A stretch of 64,000 nt of DNA from an uncultured delta proteobacterium (GTDB lineage: Bacteria; Desulfobacterota; BSN033; UBA1163), in assembly GCA_963827685.1 (NCBI GenBank), contig CAWHBU010000002.1, forward strand, positions 1,120,001 through 1,184,000, given 5' to 3'. The notes beneath the pieces are model-generated. The model was given only the letters and a program-made list of their open reading frames with translations, had not been told where the DNA came from and searched no databases. The position numbers and the translations under genes were made by a program. Positions 10,127 to 18,890 of the stretch are shown here, one piece after another (positions within the stretch are counted from its first letter, which is position 1; each line of letters starts with the position of its first letter).

Positions 10127-10708
10127 ATGGAAAATATCATTCTGAAGCGATTTAAAGAAAGTTCCGAAGTCAAAACTCGTTTTCTCAAAGAAAACCTTCC
10201 TAAACTTCTCGATGTGATCAAATTGATCTCCCATACCTTCGAAGCAGGGAACAAACTCTTTTTCTTCGGAAATGGAGGAAGCGCCGCCGACGCCCAACAC
10301 CTGGCTGCGGAATTTGTCAATCGATATGTCATCGACCGTCCACCTCTGCCTGCTATCGCCCTCACCACGGATACCTCCATTCTGACCAGTATCTCCAATG
10401 ACTTTGCTTTTAACGAAATCTTTGCAAAACAACTCAGGGCCCTGGGCAAGGAAAGGGATGTCGCCATCGGCATCACCACGAGCGGAAACTCCCCGAATGT
10501 CATCAAGGCTTTTGAAATGGCTAAAGAGATGGGGATGAAAACGGTTGCCCTCACCGGAAATGATGGGGGGATCATCGCAAAAATGGTTGATTTCCCTCTT
10601 GTCGTTCCCTCCGCCAGCACCCCCCGCATCCAGGAGGCCCACATTCTCATTGGACACATCCTATGTGAAATGGTGGAACACTACCTCTTCTTCAAGGTGA
10701 ACCCGTAA
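10127..10708 (+). CDS. gmhA: D-sedoheptulose 7-phosphate isomerase
   Basis: GNGGSAADAQHLAAE, SND, TTSGNS, PRIQEAH. Confidence 0.95.
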   Translation: MENIILKRFKESSEVKTRFLKENLPKLLDVIKLISHTFEAGNKLFFFGNGGSAADAQHLAAEFVNRYVIDRPPLPAIALTTDTSILTSISNDFAFNEIFAKQLRALGKERDVAIGITTSGNSPNVIKAFEMAKEMGMKTVALTGNDGGIIAKMVDFPLVVPSASTPRIQEAHILIGHILCEMVEHYLFFKVNP

Positions 10709-10717
10709 AACGAAGCT

Positions 10718-10755
10718 ATTTCAGATTGCAGATTGGAGAATCTGAAATCTGAAAT
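10718..10755. repeat. Heptamer-periodic inverted repeat
   Basis: ATTTCAG ATTGCAG ATT ... AAT CTGAAAT CTGAAAT. Confidence 0.6.
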
Positions 10756-10870
10756 TTCGTAACCGTTTAACCACTTTAAAATCCCTCCTAACCTCCCTTT
10801 CATGAAGGGAGGCCTTGGGGTTTTCCCCTTTAAAAAGGGGGATATCGGTGTCATTCATTTTATTTGAACG

Positions 10871-11887
10871 ATGGACATCAAGTTTGAGCGATATCATCTC
10901 CAATCGGATCTCCGTTCTCCTCTCGAGGGATTTGAAACGATTTCAGTCCCAACCGAGGTCCGGATCGATCCCTTGACGAAACGGCGGAGTCGCATCATCA
11001 CCTGGGGCCTTCCCTCTCAGGGGAAATGGGATTTATCTAAGATGGGCGACGAGTCAAAGGGATGCTTCTTCTGCCCTGAGGATGTTTTTCAAAAGACTCC
11101 TCAGTTTATAAAAGAAATCATCCCGGAAGGAAGGATTTGTATCGGAAGGGCAGTCGGTTTTCCGGACCTCAATCCAGTCGGATCTTACGGAAGTGTCGTC
11201 GTCCTCTGTCGTGAGCATTTCCTCAATCTTAACCAATTGACGTCTGAAATTTACGAAGAGGGCCTTTCGGTTGCCATCGAGATCATTCGAAGAACAATGG
11301 CTTTTGATCCGGATACCCGCTACTGGCAAATCAGCCAAAATTTCCTTCTTCCTGGAGGAAGCACCATCCTCCATCCTCATCTTCAGGTCATTGGGGATCC
11401 CATCCCGACGAACGAGATGGAATGGTTATTAGATGCCAGTTCCTCCTACTACCAAAGGAATGGAACCTTTTACTGGAGCGATCTTATCCAGATTGAAAAG
11501 GAACTTGCAAAACGATATATCACCCCTATCGGGAAAGTCCACTGGTTCGTCTCTTTTGCCCCTGTCGGATTTAACGAAGTGTGTGGAAGTGTGGAAGGAC
11601 ATGAATCCGTAACCACTCTTGGTAAAGAAGAGATTGCCTCTCTGGCCAACGGGATCGTCTCCACCTTAAAGTATTATAACGAGAAAGGCCTCAATAGCTT
11701 CAATTTTTCTATCTACTCCATTTCCGGCGAAGTCCATTACCGACTTCTCACCCGAATCATCTCCAGAACCCCTCTCCAACCGTTTTACCTGAATGACTGG
11801 ACCTCCTTCGAGGTTCTTCACTCTGAATTGACAGCAAACATCATCCCTGAGGAACTCTGTCGTGAAATCCGACCCTACTTCGCTTAA
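10871..11887 (+). CDS. GalT-like HIT-superfamily nucleotidyltransferase
   Basis: EVRIDPLT, CFFCP, GGSTILHPHLQ. Confidence 0.75.
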   Translation: MDIKFERYHLQSDLRSPLEGFETISVPTEVRIDPLTKRRSRIITWGLPSQGKWDLSKMGDESKGCFFCPEDVFQKTPQFIKEIIPEGRICIGRAVGFPDLNPVGSYGSVVVLCREHFLNLNQLTSEIYEEGLSVAIEIIRRTMAFDPDTRYWQISQNFLLPGGSTILHPHLQVIGDPIPTNEMEWLLDASSSYYQRNGTFYWSDLIQIEKELAKRYITPIGKVHWFVSFAPVGFNEVCGSVEGHESVTTLGKEEIASLANGIVSTLKYYNEKGLNSFNFSIYSISGEVHYRLLTRIISRTPLQPFYLNDWTSFEVLHSELTANIIPEELCREIRPYFA

Positions 11888-12806
11888 GAGGGTGGCCTCC
11901 ATTGACGTCGGGACCAACACGATCCTTCTCCTCATCGCAGAGGTGGAGGAAGAGAACATAAGCCCTCTTTTTGAAATGGAGACTGTTGTTGGATTGGGTC
12001 AGAGAGTTCAAAGAAATGGAATTCTTATAAAAGAGGCAATGGATAGAGGCATTCAAACATTATCTCAATATTTAGAACGATGTCAGGCGATGGAGGTCAA
12101 AAAAATCTTTGCAGTGGGGACGAGCGCACTCCGGGAAGCCAAAAACGCTGACGATTTCATAAGATTGGTCAAGGAAAAACTCAATCTCTCCATTGAAGTC
12201 ATCTCCGGAGAAGAAGAAGCGCGACTCTCTTTTTTGGCTGTGGCAAAGGATCTTAGGGAGGTAAAAGAGCCTATCCTTGTGGTGGATGTAGGGGGAGGAA
12301 GCACAGAGTTCATCCTGGGCAGAGGCAATCAGATCGGTCAATGGATAAGCCTTCCACTGGGATCAGTTCGTTTCACAGAACAGTTTCTCCACTCAGATCC
12401 TGTTCAAGAAGAAGAATGGCAGAAGATGGAGAGAAAAATCCTGGAATTACTTGTCAACATTCCTCACTCACAAGAACCGCTATCCATGGTAGCGGTGGGA
12501 GGGACGGCAACGACTCTCGCATCTGTTGACCAGCGTTTGGAAGAATTCATCGCTGAAAAAATCCATCATTTTGTCTTAAAAAAAGAAGCCCTGAAAAATC
12601 AGCTTCTCCTCTACCGATCCAAAACCATTGATGAGCGAAGGAAAATACCTGGCCTTCCCGTCGCCAGGGCAGATGTCATCTTGGCCGGAGGAGCCATTCT
12701 TTATCTGGCGATGGAGCAGCTTAAATGTTCCTCTGTCTTAATCAGTTGCCAGGGGCTGAGATACGGTCTCCTTTATAAAAGGCTCAATCCAAATTTCAGA
12801 TGTTAG
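11862..12806 (+). CDS. ppx: Ppx/GppA-family exopolyphosphatase (short form)
   Basis: IDVGTNT, GTSALREA, SGEEEA, DVGGGSTE, GGTATT, GLRYG. Confidence 0.9.
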   Translation: MKSDPTSLKRVASIDVGTNTILLLIAEVEEENISPLFEMETVVGLGQRVQRNGILIKEAMDRGIQTLSQYLERCQAMEVKKIFAVGTSALREAKNADDFIRLVKEKLNLSIEVISGEEEARLSFLAVAKDLREVKEPILVVDVGGGSTEFILGRGNQIGQWISLPLGSVRFTEQFLHSDPVQEEEWQKMERKILELLVNIPHSQEPLSMVAVGGTATTLASVDQRLEEFIAEKIHHFVLKKEALKNQLLLYRSKTIDERRKIPGLPVARADVILAGGAILYLAMEQLKCSSVLISCQGLRYGLLYKRLNPNFRC

Positions 12807-12850
12807 ACTTCAGATTTCAGATTGAAAAATTCAGAATCGGAAATCGAAAA
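12793..12850. repeat. Heptamer-periodic inverted repeat
   Basis: ATTTCAG ATGTTAG ACTTCAG ATTTCAG ... TCAGAAT CGGAAAT; overlaps the ppx stop. Confidence 0.55.
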
Positions 12851-12887
12851 GGGCTTTTAGCCTGCTTTGGAAACCAGCTGTTTCAGA

Positions 12888-13211
12888 ACTAAACTACCCT
12901 CGCCTTCAAGGCGAGGGGTTTGAAATAACAGGTCGACTTGAAGTCGACTTTGCCCGTTCTCCTTCTTTCGTCCGTCATTCCTGCGCAAGCAGGAATCCCG
13001 TTCTTATTGGTTCCCTGCCTTCGCAGTGGCAGCGTCCTGGATTCCCGTTTTCACGGGAATGACAACGGTGATGCTATATTGTTCAGAGGCTCATGGTCGG
13101 CTTCATCTCAATCCCATGAAGAATATGTCACCAAGGGTGGCCGACCATTTCGCAAAATCTTTACTTCGCCTGAAGGCGAGGGGTTTCCACCATCCCCGAT
13201 GGTGACACTAA
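12888..13211 (-). mobile_element. Deleted IS200/IS605-family element (both terminal hairpins, no intact transposase)
   Basis: CCCTCGCCTTCAAGGCGAGGGG and TTCGCCTGAAGGCGAGGGG hairpins at the two ends. Confidence 0.55.
12974..13063. repeat. REP-like GTCATTCC...GGAATGAC palindrome
   Basis: Terminal inverted repeat with internal hairpins; same family at 63208-63272. Confidence 0.7.
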
Positions 13212-13276
13212 GTAATCAGTATGCAGCATGCAGTAAGCAGTTATTTTTTACTGCTTTCTGAATGCTGCCAACTGCT
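13211..13276. repeat. Heptamer-periodic inverted repeat
   Basis: AGTAATC AGTATGC AGCATGC AGTAAGC ... CTGCTTT CTGAATG CTGCCAA CTGCT. Confidence 0.6.
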
Positions 13277-13283
13277 TTCTCTT

Positions 13284-13652
13284 TTACCTCAGATAATGAT
13301 AAAGCATATCCACTCGACCATGTTTCACCATATACATCCCAGAAAATTTCATGACCTCGCGAATCTTTGATCTATAATCACCATGATAACATTGGGTCTC
13401 ACATTTCTTGCACATGGGCTTGGGATCATGAGGGCACTTCAGCCTCATCGTCAAACCGTAATTGAGAAGCCTTGTGCAATCCGAGCAAAGCGAGATCTCC
13501 TTCTTTTCGATCTCTTTGATATCGAAAAGTTTGAATGAAAAAAGAGCCTTCTCTTCATTATGATTCTTTCTACAGTAGATTCCTACAAATTTCATTAAAG
13601 TCCGAATATCATCCTTCTCTTTCTCGGAGAACCCAACTTTCTTAAAACTCAT
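13284..13652 (-). CDS. YgbA / nitrous oxide-stimulated promoter family protein
   Basis: IYCRKNH, LCSDC, RLKCP...KPMCKKC..QCY, IREVMKFSG. Confidence 0.85.
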   Translation of the reverse strand: MSFKKVGFSEKEKDDIRTLMKFVGIYCRKNHNEEKALFSFKLFDIKEIEKKEISLCSDCTRLLNYGLTMRLKCPHDPKPMCKKCETQCYHGDYRSKIREVMKFSGMYMVKHGRVDMLYHYLR

Positions 13653-13706
13653 CTTACCCGCCTCCGTTATTCATCCAATAACTATAGTGAACGCCTTAAT
13701 AAAGTG

Positions 13707-13790
13707 GTCATTGCGAGGAGCGAAGCGACGTGCCTGCGCGCTGAAGCGCTACGGCGCGCAGGCACGCACCTTTCAGGTGCTCGCAATGAC
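13707..13790. repeat. REP-like GTCATTGCGAG...CTCGCAATGAC palindrome
   Basis: 11-bp terminal inverted repeat with an internal CGTGCCTGCGCGC/GCGCGCAGGCACG stem. Confidence 0.7.
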
Positions 13791-13826
13791 CAATTGAGAA
13801 AGGGCTTCCCTTTTCTAAATCGGAAT

Positions 13827-13840
13827 TTGAGTTAGATCAA
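13827..13840. promoter_or_regulatory. Crp/Fnr (HcpR/Dnr-type) box
   Basis: TTGAG-TTAG-ATCAA, one mismatch from TTGAT-N4-ATCAA, upstream of the ygbA-like gene. Confidence 0.5.
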
Positions 13841-13934
13841 AAAATTTTCATAACAAATCAAGTTAACATGGAGTTCCTGGAAATAGCCTGTGAAAAACTC
13901 GAGGTTGAGGGAAAGGAAAGTTGCCTTATAGGAT

Positions 13935-15275
13935 CTATCTCCCGAGAAATAACCATCCTCCATCGAAATATCTTTTAGACATTAGGAAAGCCTGGACGAA
14001 TTGTGAGATATTCATAGCCCACCAGACCGAAGCCGGTCCGAACCCAAAGAGCACAACAAAGATATAGCTCAATGGGATTCTTACAAGCCATACACTCAGA
14101 GCAACCCGTATCATTACGCTTCGCGTATCCCCCGCTCCGTTCAGACCTCCACCCAGGATAATGCCCCAGGCCATAAATGGCTCACTGATCATGCTGATGT
14201 AAATGTATTTGGTGCTCTCCCTGATCACAATCTCATTGTTCGACAAGAACGAGGCGATCCATCGAGCATTCAAAATCACCGCAATAACCATGATCGTAAC
14301 AATTAGGACGCCAATCGCAGCGGTGATGAATCCGCTCCGAAAGGCATCTTCTTCTCTCTTTTCGCCCAGCATATTCCCAACGATCACCGCATTCGCCATG
14401 TTGAATCCGAAGACCGGAAGGTAGATGACAGATTCGATTCTGAGGCCAGTCGTCAGGGCGGCGAGAATTTCAATCCGGTGTTCAGGCAAAGCGCTCAATA
14501 TTAAGAAAAGAACCATTGAAGAGAGCTGCCACAACACCTGAAGCATGCCAATGGGCCAACCAATGGTGATCATTCTTTTTACCGGCTCGAGCGAAAATTT
14601 CTTCATCCCGTTCATCGAGCTTCTTACCTTCCACAGATTGACCATGCTCCCGATGAAGACACTCGAGGCAGTAGCTACAGCAATTCCTATAAATCCCAGT
14701 GGCGTATGAAAGACCAGAAAGAAGTTGAGACCGATGTTGAGCACACATACGAGAGCTTGGGTTTTCAAAGAATCTTTCACCCTCGCACACGACCTCAAAA
14801 TACCGTTGCAGTTGATGAGGAGGTAGTGGAAGAGTAAACCAGTCGCATAGATCTTAATAAAAGGAATACAATACGGTTTGAGCGGCTCGGGAATATTTAG
14901 AACATGAATGATCTGCGGACTGAATAGAAAGCCTGCGCCTGCAAGGAATATTCCCGCACCGGCTGCTCCGACGAGAGAAGAGAAAATGCTTTCGTTTAGT
15001 TCGGTTTTATCTCCGGAAGTGTGTAATCTGGAAACCACAGAGACTGTGCCGACGGTGAGGGCGTTGGCGATCACAATGAGAATGAAATAGAGTTGAATGA
15101 CAAAGCCATAGGCTGCTTGAATCTCCTTGCTCACTTTGCCCGCAATATAGACATCTGTAAGGCCGATGAAGAATTCAAAAACCATGATCAGCGTCAGTGG
15201 CCAGCTCAATGACCAGCTACGAGATAGGTACGATCTCATGTCTTCTCTTTTGAGGTATTCAAAAACCCTGACCAT
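13935..15275 (-). CDS. MATE-family efflux transporter
   Basis: About 12 TM helices, LTDVYIAG, GNMLGEK, GAGDTR. Confidence 0.9.
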   Translation of the reverse strand: MVRVFEYLKREDMRSYLSRSWSLSWPLTLIMVFEFFIGLTDVYIAGKVSKEIQAAYGFVIQLYFILIVIANALTVGTVSVVSRLHTSGDKTELNESIFSSLVGAAGAGIFLAGAGFLFSPQIIHVLNIPEPLKPYCIPFIKIYATGLLFHYLLINCNGILRSCARVKDSLKTQALVCVLNIGLNFFLVFHTPLGFIGIAVATASSVFIGSMVNLWKVRSSMNGMKKFSLEPVKRMITIGWPIGMLQVLWQLSSMVLFLILSALPEHRIEILAALTTGLRIESVIYLPVFGFNMANAVIVGNMLGEKREEDAFRSGFITAAIGVLIVTIMVIAVILNARWIASFLSNNEIVIRESTKYIYISMISEPFMAWGIILGGGLNGAGDTRSVMIRVALSVWLVRIPLSYIFVVLFGFGPASVWWAMNISQFVQAFLMSKRYFDGGWLFLGR

Positions 15276-15390
15276 TTTCTTCCTCAGACACGCCAGAAAT
15301 CAGTTGAGCTATATTAGGAGGTTAGTTGAGGATAGAGATTTTGTCAAACGAAAATAGGGAGAGCTCTGAAAAATGATTCTACGCTCTCTT

Positions 15391-15481
15391 GATTGCACAG
15401 ATTTAAAAGAATGATTACACAGATTCTCTTTATATCCAATGCATTTCATATCTGTGTAATCGTTTCCTAATCTGTGTAATC
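15391..15481. repeat. Second GATTACACAGATT/AATCTGTGTAATC inverted repeat
   Basis: Two direct copies facing two inverted copies. Confidence 0.7.
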
Positions 15482-15666
15482 AGAGATTTCTGGATTTTTT
15501 CAGAAATCTCGTAGGGATGCTGTCTGTATTTTAAAGAGAGGACCGATTGGTTGGTCACGTTAGGGTGGTTTGCGATGACCTTCGAAAAAACAGAGGAGAT
15601 TGATGTCAAATCCCTTTGATTGTCGGCGGAGAGCCCTTGGCCATAGACGCTGCAATTATTTTGAAA

Positions 15667-16359
15667 TCAGATTTTCATTCCTGAAGCCATCTCTTCCAAA
15701 AGCTCTCGATTGAGGATCAGTATTTTATTTTTATTCACATCGATGACCCCCTTGGCTTTCATCTTTGATAAGGTCCTTGAAAAAGTCTCACTGATGGTAC
15801 CCAATTTTGAAGCCAGTTGGGTTTTACTCAAATCCAAATCAACCTCCTTGGGGTTCTTCCCATCTTTGGCTGATCTCAAAGAGAGATCAATCAGATATTT
15901 TGCAACTCTCGAGGAAACTTCTTTGAGAGAGAGTTCTTCGATGAGGGAGGCAAATTTTCTTAAAAAGTGAGAAAGGGAGACGATCATGTTGATGCTAAGT
16001 TGGGGATTCCTCTCGATCAATTGGATAAAATTCCTTTTCGGAAAGAAGAGAAGTTGACTATCCGCTAAGGCTTCTGCAAAGGCCGGATAACTCCCTTCGA
16101 GAAAGAGAGCTGCTTCTGCAAAGGCATCCGGTGCGGAGACCACATGAAGAATCTGTTCCTTGCCCTCCGGCGAAATCTTATAGAGCTTTACCTTGCCTGA
16201 AAGGATGACATAAAAACCCTTCGCCTCTTCCCCATCGGAAAAGAGAACTTCCTTTTTCCCAACCTGCTTGAGTAAGGCAATGCTCCGAATCCTTTTCAGG
16301 TCTTCTTCTTTCAACCCAGCAAAAAGAGGACACTGCTTTAATAGTTCAGTCGACATCAT
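15667..16359 (-). CDS. Crp/Fnr-family regulator (HcpR/Dnr-like)
   Basis: cNMP-binding domain (FAEAALF), HTH LASKLGTISETFSRTL, no N-terminal FNR cysteine cluster. Confidence 0.85.
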   Translation of the reverse strand: MMSTELLKQCPLFAGLKEEDLKRIRSIALLKQVGKKEVLFSDGEEAKGFYVILSGKVKLYKISPEGKEQILHVVSAPDAFAEAALFLEGSYPAFAEALADSQLLFFPKRNFIQLIERNPQLSINMIVSLSHFLRKFASLIEELSLKEVSSRVAKYLIDLSLRSAKDGKNPKEVDLDLSKTQLASKLGTISETFSRTLSKMKAKGVIDVNKNKILILNRELLEEMASGMKI

Positions 16360-16455
16360 TTATTCCTCAAGCTTCAAATGCCAAAATCCCTGCCCGCGCC
16401 CGCCTGCGGAAGGCAGGCAAATGTGAAGCGAAACCTTCCATTCGCAAGACGAAAA

Positions 16456-17139
16456 TCATTGTCGGCTTTTTACCGCATTCTGAAGATCCAAGATGATCTG
16501 TCCTGAGATTTTTCCCATGGCTCTGCTCATCCCCTGGGCAAGAGCTGCGGGAGTCTTCTCTGTATAGGGTTCAACCACCTTATAATCCCGCTGGAAGATC
16601 ACCTTCTCAGCAGTATCTCTCTTCTTCAAATCAAGAAAGGTTACATGTAAACTGAGGACAGCCTTTCGGCCATCCTTTTCGCTGACTTCCAGAAATTCAT
16701 CCACCTGTCCTTCCAGGAGATACCGGGTTTCCTCGCTGTCATTGTAGGAAATGACTGCTCGAAAAAGGCCAGAATTTCTGAGATCACGAACCAGATACTC
16801 TGTGGCTATGTCTCCGGGTTTGGTCCTCCAACGATTATAGGGATCCACATTCCTGAGATTTGGTCCTTCCTTGTAAATCATCGCTGAAGTGTTAAAGGTT
16901 TGAGCGACAGAGAATTGTTCCACCCTAACCAATTCGCTGAACGAAGCTAACTCTTTTAAAATTGGCGAAGGGTATTCTAAAGTATACTGATTCACTATGT
17001 AAGAGGGCTTTGCGCCAAGACTGCAACTGGTAATCAGAACCATCGACAACAAAAGCAAGGCCAGGTTTAGCCATAGCCTGTTGTCTTCTATCCTTGGTGA
17101 TAGGGACATCATTTTCTCCTTACCTTTCTTGCTTTTCAT
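16456..17139 (-). CDS. ABC transport auxiliary lipoprotein (PqiC-like)
   Basis: Lipobox LITSC, YTLEY, RW...P, LRNSGLF; last gene of the Mla operon. Confidence 0.8.
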   Translation of the reverse strand: MKSKKGKEKMMSLSPRIEDNRLWLNLALLLLSMVLITSCSLGAKPSYIVNQYTLEYPSPILKELASFSELVRVEQFSVAQTFNTSAMIYKEGPNLRNVDPYNRWRTKPGDIATEYLVRDLRNSGLFRAVISYNDSEETRYLLEGQVDEFLEVSEKDGRKAVLSLHVTFLDLKKRDTAEKVIFQRDYKVVEPYTEKTPAALAQGMSRAMGKISGQIILDLQNAVKSRQ

Positions 17140-18106
17140 TTCCTCTTCTGGGAGGAGGGGGCTGGCCGAAAAGGAGATCCGACGGGGTCGCGTAAACTCG
17201 GTCGATCAGCATCTCCAGAGATTCGGAGGCTCGTTTCAGGTTCTCACTGGTAGCCTTAATGTTATTCGTGATCGCAAGGCTTCTCTTATCCAAGCCTTCG
17301 ACCAACTGATTCATCTTCTTAGCCGCGTCCTTCGCCTCACCGAGGATGGCTTCCACCTCTCCGGAATTCATGATCTTATCCAGTCTTGCTGTGGCGCTCT
17401 CTATATTGGTTCCCGTTTTTCCGAGGTTCAACGCCTGCAGCTCCCTCTGGACATCAGAAACAAAGTTCTGGAGTTTAAGCAATGTATTTTTAACTTCCCC
17501 CACGGTTTCTTCCAGCCTTCCAGCGCCAAGTGTTTTCTCCACGCTCCCAACAACACTATTCAAACCTGCCACCGTGGATTCCAATACCTTCAAAGTCGAT
17601 TTGACTTGGTCCGAGATCCCCTCGGTATCGATCTTCTTCAAACTTTGAATGACATTGTCGATCCCGGTTAGGAGCTGTTTGATATCAGATGGTTTGGACG
17701 AGATAATGGGGTACTCTGAAGCAAAAGTGATCTTAGGAGAGAGGTCGGGTTCCCTTAGGTCCTTCCGGGAAAGCTCGACAAAGACAATTCCTGTGATCCC
17801 GGCAGCTTTCAACTGAGCGACATCATCGCGTTCAAGTTCTCCTCTAAGATTAATCTTCATGATGACTTCGATCAGTGTGTTATCAGGAGCCACTCGAATT
17901 TTTTCCACCCTTCCGACCTCGACCCCCCGATATTTGACAGCCGAATCTAATTGAAGCCCCTGAACGGACTCATCAAAATACGTCACATAGGTCGCTCCTT
18001 TCTCAAAATATTTGGAGGCGCCCAACCACACAACAGCAACCATCCCGATGAGGATGCCAATGGTCACAAAAAGTCCTATCATGAATTTGGAGGTTTTCCT
18101 CGCCAT
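17120..18106 (-). CDS. mlaD: MCE/MlaD-family substrate-binding protein
   Basis: N-terminal TM, ESVQGL..DSAVKYRGVEVGRV, GITG, helical tail. Confidence 0.9.
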   Translation of the reverse strand: MARKTSKFMIGLFVTIGILIGMVAVVWLGASKYFEKGATYVTYFDESVQGLQLDSAVKYRGVEVGRVEKIRVAPDNTLIEVIMKINLRGELERDDVAQLKAAGITGIVFVELSRKDLREPDLSPKITFASEYPIISSKPSDIKQLLTGIDNVIQSLKKIDTEGISDQVKSTLKVLESTVAGLNSVVGSVEKTLGAGRLEETVGEVKNTLLKLQNFVSDVQRELQALNLGKTGTNIESATARLDKIMNSGEVEAILGEAKDAAKKMNQLVEGLDKRSLAITNNIKATSENLKRASESLEMLIDRVYATPSDLLFGQPPPPRRGNEKQER

Positions 18107-18889
18107 CTAAGTTTCCTTCCCCTTTTGCTCTAACATGCTTCGATTGAAAAAGGCCTTCACTCGCGGATCGGTGGAGTTGTCTTTTAGCCATCTCGGATCG
18201 CCCTCCGCAATAATTCCTTTTGCCGCCTTATCGAGCATAATGATCCGGTCCACGATATTAAAAATCGATTCCAGTTCATGGGTGACAATGACCATGGTTG
18301 TCCCTATTCCTGCTCTGATGCTTTTGATCAGAGAATCGAGTTCCGCAGAGGTGATGGGGTCCAATCCAGCCGACGGCTCATCAAAGAAGAGAACCGTCGG
18401 ATCCAGGGCCATGGCCCTTGCAAGGCTTGCTCTTTTTTTCATCCCCCCGGACAACTCTTCAGGCAGGTGGTTCTCATAACCGGCAAGATCGACCATCCCA
18501 AGTTTCATCTTAACGACGAGGTCAATGGTCTCTGGGGAAAGATCTGTGTATTCCTGGACCGGCAAAGCCACATTTTCCGCCAAGGTCATGGATCCAAAAA
18601 GGCCCCCTGACTGAAACGCCACACCAATGTCCAGTCGTATTTTTTTCAACTGTCTTTCATCAGCCTTTGTCATATCGACCCCATGGACCACCACCTTCCC
18701 TGATGCGGTCTCATAGAGGCCGATCATATGTTTCATGAGGGTTGATTTTCCACACCCGCTCCCGCCCAGGATGCCAAAGATCTCCCCTTCATACACCTCA
18801 AAACTCACATTTTGGAAAATGGTATCCCCTCCGAACCGGGCTGTCAAATTCTCAACGACAATGATTGGTTTTCTGTCTAATCTTCGCAT
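18107..18889 (-). CDS. mlaF: MlaF-like ABC ATPase
   Basis: GGSGCGKS, LSGGMKKR, DEPSAGLDP, VTHE. Confidence 0.9.
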   Translation of the reverse strand: MRRLDRKPIIVVENLTARFGGDTIFQNVSFEVYEGEIFGILGGSGCGKSTLMKHMIGLYETASGKVVVHGVDMTKADERQLKKIRLDIGVAFQSGGLFGSMTLAENVALPVQEYTDLSPETIDLVVKMKLGMVDLAGYENHLPEELSGGMKKRASLARAMALDPTVLFFDEPSAGLDPITSAELDSLIKSIRAGIGTTMVIVTHELESIFNIVDRIIMLDKAAKGIIAEGDPRWLKDNSTDPRVKAFFNRSMLEQKGKET

Positions 18890-18890
18890 G

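Noticed and set aside
12938-13261. 107-aa ORF (also ORFs at 688, 738, 63117, 63153)
   Set aside because: Translations run through palindromic repeat elements and are probably spurious
9946-15481. CRISPR array
   Set aside because: Repeats are short, inverted and only 2-4 copies, with no regular unique spacers and no cas genes
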